DNA of 47,543 nucleotides from a virus (IMGVR_UViG_2721755644_000004), one strand, 5' to 3'; positions 20,746 to 30,247 are shown, counted from the stretch's first letter. Notes: generated by a model from the sequence alone, not told the origin. Numbers and translations: made by a program.

Positions 20746-22327
20746 GTGGTGTTGTCTCCTCTTCCGGCCTGCGACTCTCCGCTATCTGCTGCTGATACGC
20801 CTGCGCTATCCACACCGGACGTGAGAGTCCGGCTTTTTCCCGCTCTGCAGATTCCCTGACCTGCTGGCGGAAAATGTCCTGATAATCCTCGCCCATCAGC
20901 GCCAGCTCTTTCTCATACGTGCTCAGTCCGGCCTCAATGCGCATCACTGATTCCTGAACCTCCTTGAGCCCGTCAATGGCCATTCTTCCGGCTCCAATCC
21001 ACTCAGCCCGTGACCAGGCTGATCGCGCCTGATAAAAATCAAAACGCGCCCGTGGCGGACGAATAATCCCCCGAAGAAGTGCCTCTTCCAGCCAGCAGGA
21101 AAACATCTGCGTGGCCAGCCGGGACGCAATAAATTTTCGCCGCCCCATAAAATAGCGCCACGACTCATTGGCGGATGCGCGGGCACTTGAATAACTGACC
21201 TTCGAGTAATCACGGGACAACTGTTCGTAGGAAACGCCAAGACCGGCGGCGATATACCGCAGCAGCGCCTGTTCAAGCGCCGAAAATCCATTGTCTGAAT
21301 CCTGCGCGGTCTGAAGTTTCAGATCATCACCGGGGAAAAGGTGCGGAATTTTGACACCGCCCAGCGTCACGCTATTCGTGTCATACCAGGTGGAGAACTT
21401 ATCCAGAATATTAATAAGCGGATTATCCTTCTGCCCCTGCGGCGCACCGGCGATATATTCAAAGGCCTTTTCGGTATCAAGGTCACTTTCAATCGTCGCT
21501 GCATACATCGCCTTCACTATGGCCGACTGAAGCTGTGTTGCCTGCAGGGAATCGAGCATCTTCAGCCGTTCCATAACGCTGTAAAACTGATTGGCTCCAC
21601 GGGTCTGCCCGTCCTCCACCGGCTCGAAAATATGCAGCATGGCCGGACGCCCGGTGGGAAGTTCACGCGGGATCCGTTCCCATCGTCCACTCCCGGAGAA
21701 CGGAAAATCATCCTCACAGATATGGTACGCAACGGCACGACCATATCGATCGACCTCCACCCCGGCCCGCAGAAAACGGTTCCCGATACCATGTCCTGGC
21801 GTGTCCACCCGTTTCGGACTCACGGCTTTAAAACGCGTACGAAACAGTTGCGTGCTCTCCGGATCCCAGACCGGCTGCACAAAGATTTCGCCGTTAAACG
21901 CATGAACTCCCACACCTTCACGAATAAATTCTGTAAACGTGCGTTTCCCTTCCACGTCGATCTCGCCAAACACCCCTTCTGCGTATTCTGACCAGGCCGC
22001 CTCCACCTCATCGACAAAACTTTTTGTCGCGGTCTCCCGCATCCCCAACCAGCGCCAGTTCGGGCGGTAGCTGATAAGAAACATATGCCCGACAATGTGA
22101 TCCTTATGCAGGGCCACCGCATTGGCCGCTATCCCGTTATTGCGCACCAGATCATCTGCCCGGGCATTCCCCAGACGCAACGCGGGCAGCAGGGCCGCAT
22201 CGGCACTCTGCGCCGGTGGCAACCACTCCGCCATTTGCCCGCCAAATCCTGCGCCGCCCCCGTTGTAGCTGAGGCTCTCCCGAAGCGGAACGCCGTTCAC
22301 ATCAATCAGGACAGGCGTTCGTTTCAT
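20735..22327 (-). CDS. B: Portal protein B
   Basis: 530 aa, lambda B-like, position between W and C. Confidence 0.93.
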   Translation of the reverse strand: MKRTPVLIDVNGVPLRESLSYNGGGAGFGGQMAEWLPPAQSADAALLPALRLGNARADDLVRNNGIAANAVALHKDHIVGHMFLISYRPNWRWLGMRETATKSFVDEVEAAWSEYAEGVFGEIDVEGKRTFTEFIREGVGVHAFNGEIFVQPVWDPESTQLFRTRFKAVSPKRVDTPGHGIGNRFLRAGVEVDRYGRAVAYHICEDDFPFSGSGRWERIPRELPTGRPAMLHIFEPVEDGQTRGANQFYSVMERLKMLDSLQATQLQSAIVKAMYAATIESDLDTEKAFEYIAGAPQGQKDNPLINILDKFSTWYDTNSVTLGGVKIPHLFPGDDLKLQTAQDSDNGFSALEQALLRYIAAGLGVSYEQLSRDYSKVSYSSARASANESWRYFMGRRKFIASRLATQMFSCWLEEALLRGIIRPPRARFDFYQARSAWSRAEWIGAGRMAIDGLKEVQESVMRIEAGLSTYEKELALMGEDYQDIFRQQVRESAEREKAGLSRPVWIAQAYQQQIAESRRPEEETTPRET

Positions 22328-22530
22328 AACCTCACTCCCAGCGGACGACGGCGACGGCGGGTTGTCCCCAGTACCAACTCAGCATCATTGATCGCACGGT
22401 TAAGCTCATCCAGAGAGGCCGCCGTATATTCAATTCTTCGTCCATCTTTCTGGACAGACACCACCCGTTTACCGGTTAATAAATCAAGGCGCGCCTGACG
22501 CAGCGCCTGCAGTTCAGCGACTGTAACCAT
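22324..22530 (-). CDS. W: Head-tail joining protein W
   Basis: 68 aa; ...L.TGKRV..VQKDGRR.E.TA.S...L...I...E......RRRR.. lambda W-like. Confidence 0.88.
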   Translation of the reverse strand: MVTVAELQALRQARLDLLTGKRVVSVQKDGRRIEYTAASLDELNRAINDAELVLGTTRRRRRPLGVRL

Positions 22531-24442
22531 TCACTCCTCCGGACAGCTTCGCTGCCAGTTCTTTAAGGGTTGGCCGGGTCGTCTCTTCTTCCCGGGATTT
22601 TGCCAGTACAGCCAGATCAAGCTGCCAGCGTTGCACGGACACACGTAATGCCGCGTAGGCATACACCAGGCAGTCCAGCGCTTCGTTACGCCGCTTTTTG
22701 TTATCCCACAGCAGACGCATCTTTCCTTTTTCCCACTTCTCCACAAGCTCTTCCGCGACCAGTTGCTGCGCCTCTGTCTGCGAAAAAATCTCCGGATCAT
22801 CAGGAAAACGGATGGCATACGACGTGGCTTCATCCGCAGGCGTGGGCTCGGCTTTCATACGGGCATAGAGAATTTCTTTTGCGGTGTCCGTCCCCACTTC
22901 ACACAGATAAACGCCCCGCTGATTGCGGGTTTTCGGCATGGTGATCACCGGCTTGCCATAGACAGACGCGCCTTTTACCGGCAGCACACGGAAAACACCG
23001 TGTTTTTTTGACCTCTGGTAGACGATTTCACCATCGATCCCCCCGGTGTCCCAGCAGACACGGGAAATGGTCATTTCGGTGCCATCCGCATGGCGGTATT
23101 TTTTGTTGATCGCCGCATCCACACGTAACAGCGTCTCTTCCTCATCAGGACGCCCCATAATGATGATTTTATCCACCAGAAAAGCTTCCTCTCCCGGTGC
23201 CCATCCCCAGACATACATCTCAAAACGGTTTCGCTGCGAGTCAATGCCCGCCGTCAGATAAACCACCCGGGCAGGCACCGCCGCCGTGTAACGCACAACC
23301 TTATCCATCAGCACCTGGTGATCGAGTTTTTCGCCCACGGCCTCTTCCCAGGTCTCGCCCAGCGTGGTGTTCACAAAGGTTTTCAGGCCGTTGGGATCTT
23401 TCAGTGCATCCAGCCAGTCATAGACTATCTGTACCCAGGTGGTGAACGGACTGTACGCTGTCCAGATATGGAACGTGATGGAGCGCGGCGGCGGAATTTC
23501 ATTATCCGCGGCGCTGAAAAACGTCAGACCGTCACGGGTCCACATCCCCGTGTTTTCACAGATCCACCGCCCGTTGCTCTGGTCAAGCTCAGACTGATGG
23601 ATCACGCAGCCATGATGTTCACAGAGGTAGAAAACGCTTTCGGGGCTGTCCTTCTCCCATTTAAGGCCAAAAGGCGTGGATTCATCGCCAAATTTCAGAT
23701 ACTGCTCCTCCCCACAGTGTGGGCAGGGCACATAAAAACGCATGAAATGCGCCGACTCGTTGGCCGCTTTTTCGATCTGGCAGGTGCCTTTGATTTTAGG
23801 CGTCGAGCCGCGAATGGATTTGGGCCATACAGAGCCCTCAATACGTTTATCCCCAAGCAGGGTTGGCGAACCCTCTTTTTCGACATCCGGTTCGAACGAG
23901 GAAAGTTCGTCATAGCAGACCACGTCCACGGATTTTTCACGGTAGTTTTTGGCGGCAGCGCCGCCCAGGCACCAGAAACCCACACCCGATGAAAAGCGTT
24001 TCAGCGTGAGGGTATTGTCACGATGTTTACGCCCCAGCCATGGAAAAAGGTCTTTCAGACATGGCACATCCCGAATCGTCGCCTCCACGTGAGACTTCAT
24101 AAAATCTTCAGCGGCAGAATCCGTGGGCTGAAAAAGCAGACTGTTTCGGGATTTATGCTCAATAAAATACCCGACCACCCCCAGCAACATCTTTGTATAG
24201 CCAACACGGGCAGATTTAATCAGATTAACAGTCCGGATCTGATCATTCCCCATGCTGTTCATGATGGCGATCTGGAACGGCAGCGTTTTCCATTCTCCCT
24301 CACCATATGAAGATTCTTTAGGCAGATAATAATTTTGATCAGCCCATTCAACTGGCGTCACCGGCAATGCCCTTATCAGGGGCTGTAATGCTGTTGTGAC
24401 AGCACTCATCATATTATTCAGTTGTTGCTCTGATATATTCAT
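22514..24442 (-). CDS. A: Terminase large subunit A (start MNISEQQLNNMM...)
   Basis: Extensive lambda gpA similarity (..VEWAD.NYYLPKES.Y.EG.W.TLPFQ.AIMN.MG.D.IR.VN..KSARVGY.KMLLGV..YFIEHK.RN.L...); track ORF extends 19 codons upstream, internal ATG matches the lambda start. Confidence 0.93.
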   Translation of the reverse strand: MNISEQQLNNMMSAVTTALQPLIRALPVTPVEWADQNYYLPKESSYGEGEWKTLPFQIAIMNSMGNDQIRTVNLIKSARVGYTKMLLGVVGYFIEHKSRNSLLFQPTDSAAEDFMKSHVEATIRDVPCLKDLFPWLGRKHRDNTLTLKRFSSGVGFWCLGGAAAKNYREKSVDVVCYDELSSFEPDVEKEGSPTLLGDKRIEGSVWPKSIRGSTPKIKGTCQIEKAANESAHFMRFYVPCPHCGEEQYLKFGDESTPFGLKWEKDSPESVFYLCEHHGCVIHQSELDQSNGRWICENTGMWTRDGLTFFSAADNEIPPPRSITFHIWTAYSPFTTWVQIVYDWLDALKDPNGLKTFVNTTLGETWEEAVGEKLDHQVLMDKVVRYTAAVPARVVYLTAGIDSQRNRFEMYVWGWAPGEEAFLVDKIIIMGRPDEEETLLRVDAAINKKYRHADGTEMTISRVCWDTGGIDGEIVYQRSKKHGVFRVLPVKGASVYGKPVITMPKTRNQRGVYLCEVGTDTAKEILYARMKAEPTPADEATSYAIRFPDDPEIFSQTEAQQLVAEELVEKWEKGKMRLLWDNKKRRNEALDCLVYAYAALRVSVQRWQLDLAVLAKSREEETTRPTLKELAAKLSGGVNGYSR

Positions 24443-24923
24443 CGAGTAAATCCGGTAATTTATCCCCCGCCCGCGCACACTGATTTGCCCCCTTCGCAAT
24501 AAGGGTTTTCAGATGGTCAAGATGGCGCGGTGTTAAATCAGGAAACTGTCGCTGCATGGATAAAGGGATGGAATCAAGCGTACTGGATAACGCCATTGCC
24601 AGCTTGCTGAGGGCAAAAATACAGAACCCGGTATCAATAAGTTTTCCTTTTGACACCTCATTTTTTAACTGCTGTGTAACAGCCTGTTCTGCTGTCAGTT
24701 CCCATCTGGCAATAAGCAATTTCTCCTCATAGTCGTCTTCGCTATCGCCATCAGGCACATCGTTTTTACTTCTTCTCAGATACGATATGTAAAAATCGCG
24801 CCAGGCATCCAGATCCAGTTGCCCTCGCTTATTCGATATCGGGGCACCCGGCAATTTCTGCAATCTGCGAAGCTGGCGATCGGTCAGACTTAAATGCCTG
24901 GCAACTTCAGTCTGCGTAGCCAC
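24414..24923 (-). CDS. Nu1: Terminase small subunit Nu1 (HTH N-terminus)
   Basis: 169 aa immediately downstream of cos; C-terminal half resembles lambda Nu1; overlaps A start as in lambda. Confidence 0.8.
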   Translation of the reverse strand: MATQTEVARHLSLTDRQLRRLQKLPGAPISNKRGQLDLDAWRDFYISYLRRSKNDVPDGDSEDDYEEKLLIARWELTAEQAVTQQLKNEVSKGKLIDTGFCIFALSKLAMALSSTLDSIPLSMQRQFPDLTPRHLDHLKTLIAKGANQCARAGDKLPDLLDEYIRATTE

Positions 24924-25106
24924 TCCTCACCTCGCAAAAACTCTCACTTCACAATCACAACAAAACCGGTCATGTCCGGCTTACATGTCTATTTTTTGTG
25001 CATGTCCGGTTCACAGAAGACCTCTTTTTTTATTTTTCATATAGTTAACTTGAAGAGAAACCGGACATGGTTCCCGGAAAATTTTCATAAATAGCGAAAA
25101 CCCGCG

Positions 25107-25118
25107 AGGTCGCCGCCC
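25107..25118 (-). other. cosN cohesive-end site (exact lambda 12-nt GGGCGGCGACCT on minus strand); cosB lies between 24924 and 25106
   Basis: Plus strand AGGTCGCCGCCC at 25107-25118; flanking sequence resembles the lambda cos region. Confidence 0.9.
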
Positions 25119-25266
25119 CGTAACCTGTTGGATCGACGGAAAGGACCCGAAAACGAGAATAATTATCACTTACAGCAAGAATCGAATCTGATCTATTATG
25201 GTGCTTGCTATTATGTGCCGGCACAAGTGCGTCGTTTACCGTCATTTCACACAGAGGCATCATCAA

Positions 25267-25518
25267 ATGAAAATCAGAAATATTCTCGCTATCTCCCTTG
25301 CAACATCATCCTTCAGTTGCCTGGCATTTAAATCCTCGCCCAATGTGCTACCAGGACCAACGAATCAACTAACTGCGGTAGAAAGTAAAATTATCGGACA
25401 TTTTTATGCCCCACACAGTGCATTACCCGGAACAACCATCACAGGGACATGTGACGCCTCCCCCGTCCCGGGATGCACCTGTCCGTTTTGTACTATGCTG
25501 CGTAGCCAAAACCGATAA
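25267..25518 (+). CDS. Small secreted Cys-rich protein (84 aa, signal peptide, C-terminal CDASPVPGCTCPFC), bor-equivalent position
   Basis: N-terminal MKIRNILAISLATSSFSCLA signal-like segment; four Cys in last 25 residues; opposite strand to late genes like lambda bor but no sequence similarity to Bor. Confidence 0.5.
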   Translation: MKIRNILAISLATSSFSCLAFKSSPNVLPGPTNQLTAVESKIIGHFYAPHSALPGTTITGTCDASPVPGCTCPFCTMLRSQNR

Positions 25519-25579
25519 CATCCGCATTTACCTGGTATTACATGATGAGTTCACGCAGCGACTGATAGAGGAAGGAAAG

Positions 25580-25759
25580 ATGGTTAGTAAAAGCAAGGCG
25601 CATTGCCGCCGCATGCTGCAGGCATTGCAACAGACGAGAGCAGGTATTTTTGACCAGTTGGAAAACTGCCAGCATACTTTGCCCGAGTATATCGCCATCT
25701 CATCGGAAACCAGTGCAACTCTTATTCATCGGGTTCCACCAGAGAAAAAGAAGAAATGA
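25580..25759 (+). CDS. Hypothetical small protein (59 aa) with strong SD (GAGGAAGGAAAG)
   Basis: ATG at 25580 preceded by strong SD; no recognisable family. Confidence 0.35.
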   Translation: MVSKSKAHCRRMLQALQQTRAGIFDQLENCQHTLPEYIAISSETSATLIHRVPPEKKKK

Positions 25760-25881
25760 ACAGTGAGGCGTTGTGTGGCATACAACGCCTTCTTCCATCA
25801 TTCCTCGTCAGCCATGACAAAAATATAACCGCTGGCTCTTTCATTTTTCTCCTGCGTCCAGCCCCTCTCTACCTGGAAGCA

Positions 25882-26208
25882 TCAAGGACGTGACGGCGTA
25901 AAGATAAATTGTCTCTTCACTCCCTGACAGGGGCGATTCTTTTCAAATCGCCATTTCGCCATGGCCTTCACCACTTCATCACGAAACAAATTATGAGGCT
26001 CTGAGCGGAGAAAAACGATCCGTGTCACAGTCCCATCAGCACCAATATCGAACTTAACCTCAACCAGCCCCTTGATATAATTTGCTGCAGCATATTCCGG
26101 ATATCGTGGATACACCGTCACTAATTGCCGGGGCTCATCAGCTTTTTGCTGCGAGCATCCCACTGCCAGGACAGATAACAGAAAAAGTAGTAAAAGGCGT
26201 CTTTTCAT
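25882..26208 (-). CDS. Outer-membrane lipoprotein with TonB C-terminal-like domain (108 aa)
   Basis: Lipobox LAVGC then S at +2; mature part YPRYPEYAAANYIKGLVEVKFDIGADGTVTRIVFLRSEPHNLFRDEVVKAMAKWRFEKNRP aligns by eye with the E. coli TonB C-terminal domain (YP..A....G.V.VKFD...DG.V.........P...F..EV..AM..WR.E...P). Confidence 0.7.
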   Translation of the reverse strand: MKRRLLLLFLLSVLAVGCSQQKADEPRQLVTVYPRYPEYAAANYIKGLVEVKFDIGADGTVTRIVFLRSEPHNLFRDEVVKAMAKWRFEKNRPCQGVKRQFIFTPSRP

Positions 26209-26519
26209 TTTTATTCCTACGGGTCTTATTCTGACAATATATCCTGTGTTCCAGACTGCCACATCACCACATCCTGTGCCATTATCTGACTCACATTACA
26301 TACATCGCATCGGGATACAGTAGTAGCACTTTCTGTAATACAGCTTCCTGTTTCTTCCACCATCGCACCGGGATAAACCCGCGAATCATTAACGCGGTAA
26401 AAAACCCGGTGTGCATCGTTTTTAATTATCCCCGCACACTCGCGCAGAGGAGTCTCCCTGTCGGGCTGCGGTCTCTGTTAATGAGGGAATATAGCGACGA
26501 TACGGCGCATCAACAAAAC

Positions 26520-26993
26520 TTATTTCAGGCACTGAGTGCGGATATAGTCCTGTGCCCCTTCCAGTTGCTTGTGCATCGTCATCAGCCGCTCTCTGAGGGT
26601 GAAATAATCCCGTGTAACGGTGTCTGCCAGTTGGGGGCCGGTTGCATTATCCACGCCGGAGGTGGTGGGGGCTTCACGCACGGAGCCTGGACAGGTGGCG
26701 TTGATCCGCAGGCGCTTACGACCAGCGGCAACGTCAGCGCGAAGAGTTTCATTTTCAGCTCTCGCATCGGCTAATTCCCTCGAGTATTTTGCATCGAGCG
26801 CAGCAACATCGCGCTGGCGCACCTGCATATCAGTAATGGTTGCGTTCGCCAGCTTCAGTTCACTGGCTTTGTTATCGCGCTGCGCTTTGTAGGTAATCGC
26901 GTTATCACGGTAATGGTCTGTTGCCATCCACAGCGCACCACAGGCCACCAGCAGAATAACGATAAACGCGGAAAGCATTCGGTTTATGTTCAC
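26520..26993 (-). CDS. Rz: Rz i-spanin
   Basis: 157 aa; ..[15 protein letters not shown]....[43 protein letters not shown].. lambda Rz-like. Confidence 0.92.
   Translation of the reverse strand: MNINRMLSAFIVILLVACGALWMATDHYRDNAITYKAQRDNKASELKLANATITDMQVRQRDVAALDAKYSRELADARAENETLRADVAAGRKRLRINATCPGSVREAPTTSGVDNATGPQLADTVTRDYFTLRERLMTMHKQLEGAQDYIRTQCLK
26582..26752 (-). CDS. Rz1: Rz1 o-spanin lipoprotein embedded in +1 frame of Rz
   Basis: [17 protein letters not shown]....[28 protein letters not shown]; lipobox and poly-Pro as in lambda Rz1. Confidence 0.88.
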   Translation of the reverse strand: MKLFALTLPLVVSACGSTPPVQAPCVKPPPPPAWIMQPAPNWQTPLHGIISPSESG

Positions 26994-27120
26994 CCCAGCA
27001 ACCCCGACGAAGACAACATCATCCAGGCCATGGAAAGAAAAAGAGCAACCAGCATTAGTGAAAATGAAATGCCGACAATTACACAGAGGATCTTCGCCAG
27101 CGTTATGAGTTTGTCTGACA
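26990..27120 (-). CDS. Small single-pass membrane peptide (43 aa, [43 protein letters not shown])
   Basis: GGGAGG SD 7 nt upstream; hydrophobic TM segment; between endolysin and Rz. Confidence 0.45.
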
Positions 27121-27135
27121 TGCTTAATCCTCCCT

Positions 27136-27282
27136 TCACGATTTCAACGCAATGACCAGTTTTGCCAGCCCATACAGCATCGGGGACACAGCAACACCGA
27201 CCGCCACCCACTTAATGGCAAAAGCCAGTGCTCTGCTGATGTCATCAGTTACAGGCGCTTTCAGTTCAAGGCCATTTTTCAT
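27136..27282 (-). CDS. Small membrane protein (48 aa, C-terminal TM helix)
   Basis: [48 protein letters not shown]; weak SD; between endolysin and Rz. Confidence 0.35.
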   Translation of the reverse strand: MKNGLELKAPVTDDISRALAFAIKWVAVGVAVSPMLYGLAKLVIALKS

Positions 27283-27474
27283 AGTCAACCTCAACAGAAT
27301 TCGTTTACACTTCGCCATGTTCTCCCTTGCCTTACTCAAGGTCAGAAACACAAAACCTCGCTTGGTGCCAACAAACGGGGTTTTTACTTTTATTCACTTA
27401 CGTTTCGCCAGTTCGCAGGATTTCGTGTTATCCGCCCGCGTGGCCATTCCTCATTTTTCAGCAAAATATTCTGC

Positions 27475-28008
27475 TTATCTGTCGATACCCCAGCACGCCA
27501 GCGCGCTCTCCTGGTCACGACGGGATACCTGACCGTAACAGTTGTTTGAACGAATACGGCAGTCTCTGCCACCGTCCTTAATCCACCAGCGAATCGCTTC
27601 GCAGGCACCTTTTCGATCACCAGCATTAATTCGTCTGTAAAACGTCGACGGGAAACACTTACCGGGACCAATGTTGTACGGACAGAATGACGCGATCCCC
27701 GCTTTCTGGGGTTCGGTCAGCGGCACTCTGATGTTTTTCTCCACCCACGCCAGCGCTTTATCACGCTCAATGGCGTTAACCTGGTCGCATTTTTCCTTCG
27801 ACAACTTCATGCCCGGAACGACAGGTTTGCCATCCACCATGATGGCACCACGGCAGATGGTCCAGATACCTGCACCATCACGGTATGCTGTGGTGTGCTT
27901 GCCTTCCTTTTCATCCAGAAACTGGTCGAGAATGTCAGGCGCAGGCGCACCAGCGGCAATCAGCGCCAGAACGGCAGCCGACAGGCCGTATTTGATTTTG
28001 GTGTTCAT
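27475..28008 (-). CDS. SAR endolysin (GH24 lysozyme with N-terminal signal-anchor-release domain), phage 21 R21 / P1 Lyz type
   Basis: Gly/Ala-rich weakly hydrophobic N-terminus (GLSAAVLALIAAGAPA) followed by catalytic E-x8-D-x5-T (EKEGKHTTAYRDGAGIWT). Confidence 0.9.
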   Translation of the reverse strand: MNTKIKYGLSAAVLALIAAGAPAPDILDQFLDEKEGKHTTAYRDGAGIWTICRGAIMVDGKPVVPGMKLSKEKCDQVNAIERDKALAWVEKNIRVPLTEPQKAGIASFCPYNIGPGKCFPSTFYRRINAGDRKGACEAIRWWIKDGGRDCRIRSNNCYGQVSRRDQESALACWGIDR

Positions 28009-28044
28009 GGATATATTAAATATTCAGCCGCTGTCCCTGGCCCA

Positions 28045-28935
28045 CTAAATACGCACTTTAAGATAAGTCAGCCCCGGATGAAGCCAGTAAGCCGGCACTT
28101 TTTTAAAGGGTGGAGTATTAAAATCACGAAGAAGAGCCTCCCGCACAATTGCATCCTTATCAGCACCACTGGCCAGCGCTTCAATCTCAGCAGCTACCTG
28201 CAGATATCCCATGCAACGGCCAACGCGCTTCATCAGCCCCTGCTTTTTATTGTTCTTCAGGTAATCAATGGCAAATTCAATGAGCTCCTCACTGTGCTGG
28301 TGCGATGGAGGTGTTACTTTCCCATTTTCTGAGATGGTTATTTTCCCAGCATCACCGGATACAACAAAGGATGGCCGGTTACACTCCCATTCCGGGTCAC
28401 TGAAATTATCATTATGAATACTGAAACACTCTGCGAGATTTCTGCTCATCACTTTCCGACAATAATCGTCAAACGCAGCAAACTGCTTTTCATCGCCAGA
28501 AGGCACCAATATCGACCATTTCTTATTCAGCTCAACGACGTAGCTCTCCAGTTTTTCAATACGTGATTCAACATCATCTTTTTCTGACCGCAGTGTTGAC
28601 GGCGGCATCTTCAGAGAACAAGTAATTCTTCCCGGTAGCTTTCCTTTGTAGGTTATCAACACATCCTGCGCCTCTAAAATTACGGGGCGCTTTTCCGGCA
28701 ACGGACCATCCCCTTCACATAACCCGGCAGCAACATCCATGAAAAACTGCTTCGCCTGCTTTTTCGCCTCAGCTTCGTAAAACTCCAGCGTGGCACCTTC
28801 AGTACGGTCAAGACTAATCGCCACATCTGGCAACAACAGCGACGCTTGCCCGTCACCTTCCGGCTTCACAGTAACAGTAACCTTATCCCCGTAATTATTT
28901 ATCCCCTTAACAACCAGTTCATATTTTTTATTCAT
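28045..28935 (-). CDS. Unknown soluble 296/297-aa protein wedged between pinholin and endolysin (lysis-cassette cargo)
   Basis: Starts GTG/ATG 1-4 nt after the holin stop with GGGGAGAG SD; no TM, no signal peptide, no domain recognised by eye. Confidence 0.7.
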   Translation of the reverse strand: MNKKYELVVKGINNYGDKVTVTVKPEGDGQASLLLPDVAISLDRTEGATLEFYEAEAKKQAKQFFMDVAAGLCEGDGPLPEKRPVILEAQDVLITYKGKLPGRITCSLKMPPSTLRSEKDDVESRIEKLESYVVELNKKWSILVPSGDEKQFAAFDDYCRKVMSRNLAECFSIHNDNFSDPEWECNRPSFVVSGDAGKITISENGKVTPPSHQHSEELIEFAIDYLKNNKKQGLMKRVGRCMGYLQVAAEIEALASGADKDAIVREALLRDFNTPPFKKVPAYWLHPGLTYLKVRI

Positions 28936-28939
28936 CACT

Positions 28940-29155
28940 TTACTCTCCCCGCGCCGCCTTACGCCGGTCCTCTTTGATTTTGAAATACAGGTTAGTCAGA
29001 TATGTCAGCAGCCCAAACAGCAGACTCCCCAGCACGCCTATTGCCGCCCACTGAGACGGGGAAACCCTGTCCAGCAACTGCAGGAACCAGTAGCCCGTTC
29101 CCACCGCTGACGTGGTGTATGACACACCTGTTGTGATTTTTTCCATCTGGTACAT
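28940..29155 (-). CDS. Pinholin (S21-like class II holin) with dual-start motif (MYQMEK...; second start 29146)
   Basis: ...[51 protein letters not shown] matches phage 21 S21 as I recall it; track ORF has a 35-codon N-terminal extension considered non-coding. Confidence 0.88.
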   Translation of the reverse strand: MYQMEKITTGVSYTTSAVGTGYWFLQLLDRVSPSQWAAIGVLGSLLFGLLTYLTNLYFKIKEDRRKAARGE

Positions 29156-29462
29156 ACCCCGTCTCCCGTTATCCGGAAGCTGACAACAATAAAAAAGCCA
29201 CCAGTTAAGTACTGATGGCTCTGATAACTCATGCAGGCGTCTCAGACGACCCACTGACACTACCGGTGAGTTTAACGATACCTTCCATTTGACTGGCTCA
29301 CTTTTTATGATGATGCCGGTGCATTTATCTCCAGCACCAGACTTTCCATCTCAACGCCATACGTTGCATTTTTGGTAATATCCGTCAGCGTCAGTGCATT
29401 TAGTCCCACTGCCAGACCGTCTTTTATGGCCTGGAATGCCGGGCCAGTACGATGACGTAGTA

Positions 29463-29651
29463 TCACTCCGGCTCAGTTGCACCACTGACCACCACATCAC
29501 CTTCTGCTGCAATCGCCTGCATCAGGGTATAAGGGGTTATGGCCACCGGACTACCAAACGGCTGCCAGCCCTCTTTCAGTTTATGTGTCAGCTTTTCCGC
29601 AAGATCTGACGGCGACGCCGCCCTGACAACATCATAGTGTTTAAATGCCAT
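29463..29651 (-). CDS. Small hypothetical protein upstream of holin (possibly DUF1737-like)
   Basis: MAFKHYDVVRAASPSDLAEKLTHKLKEGWQPFGSPVAITPYTLMQAIAAEGDVV...; family assignment from memory only. Confidence 0.5.
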   Translation of the reverse strand: MAFKHYDVVRAASPSDLAEKLTHKLKEGWQPFGSPVAITPYTLMQAIAAEGDVVVSGATEPE

Positions 29652-29911
29652 GGTTCTTTCCACCATCTGAAAAATGATTCTTTAAAATACCTGACATGTA
29701 ATACAGAAAAAACACAAAACCATACCTTAATTAAAAACCTCATCATCAAGCAGATATGCATGGATAAACTACAAGACGAGATATAAACCACCCTGCATTT
29801 AAATAAACAATAAACAACATCAGAAAAATAATTCTGCTCTATGGTTTACAATCAAAAATATCATTTATACTTTTCAGAACATCACCAGCAAGGCATAAAC
29901 AAGGAAACTAA

Positions 29912-30247
29912 ATGAAGTGGATTGTGATTGATACAGTTATCCAGCCATCATGCGGAATATCTTTTTCAGTCATATGGAGTAAAATAAAATTAATAATCTG
30001 GTATCAATCGGATGCTTTCTTACCTCCTGAAAGTATATTTACACTGACTCACACAGGCATCATGCTCAATAACAAAGTGCTGCCTGTAACCATTTACAAC
30101 GTAGTACCATTCAATAAAACATTCTGGAATTTAATCAAAAACAGCCAGGAATGCCCTACAAATACAGATAACGTATTGAATGAATGCTTTAATAACCGTT
30201 GCACTCTGCAAATATGTCCTTATGGGCTAAAACAACAAAGTCCATAA
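29912..30247 (+). CDS. AT-rich hypothetical protein (111 aa, hydrophobic N-terminus, 6 Cys) in the stx-equivalent cargo slot
   Basis: Good SD (AAGGAAAC); strongly AT-rich codon usage unlike phage core; opposite orientation to late operon. Confidence 0.45.
   Translation: MKWIVIDTVIQPSCGISFSVIWSKIKLIIWYQSDAFLPPESIFTLTHTGIMLNNKVLPVTIYNVVPFNKTFWNLIKNSQECPTNTDNVLNECFNNRCTLQICPYGLKQQSP

Noticed and set aside
29038-29260. N-terminal 35-codon extension of holin ORF and overlapping 64-aa ORF
   Set aside because: Pinholin homology begins at the MYQMEK dual-start motif; upstream part lacks SD and is not conserved-looking
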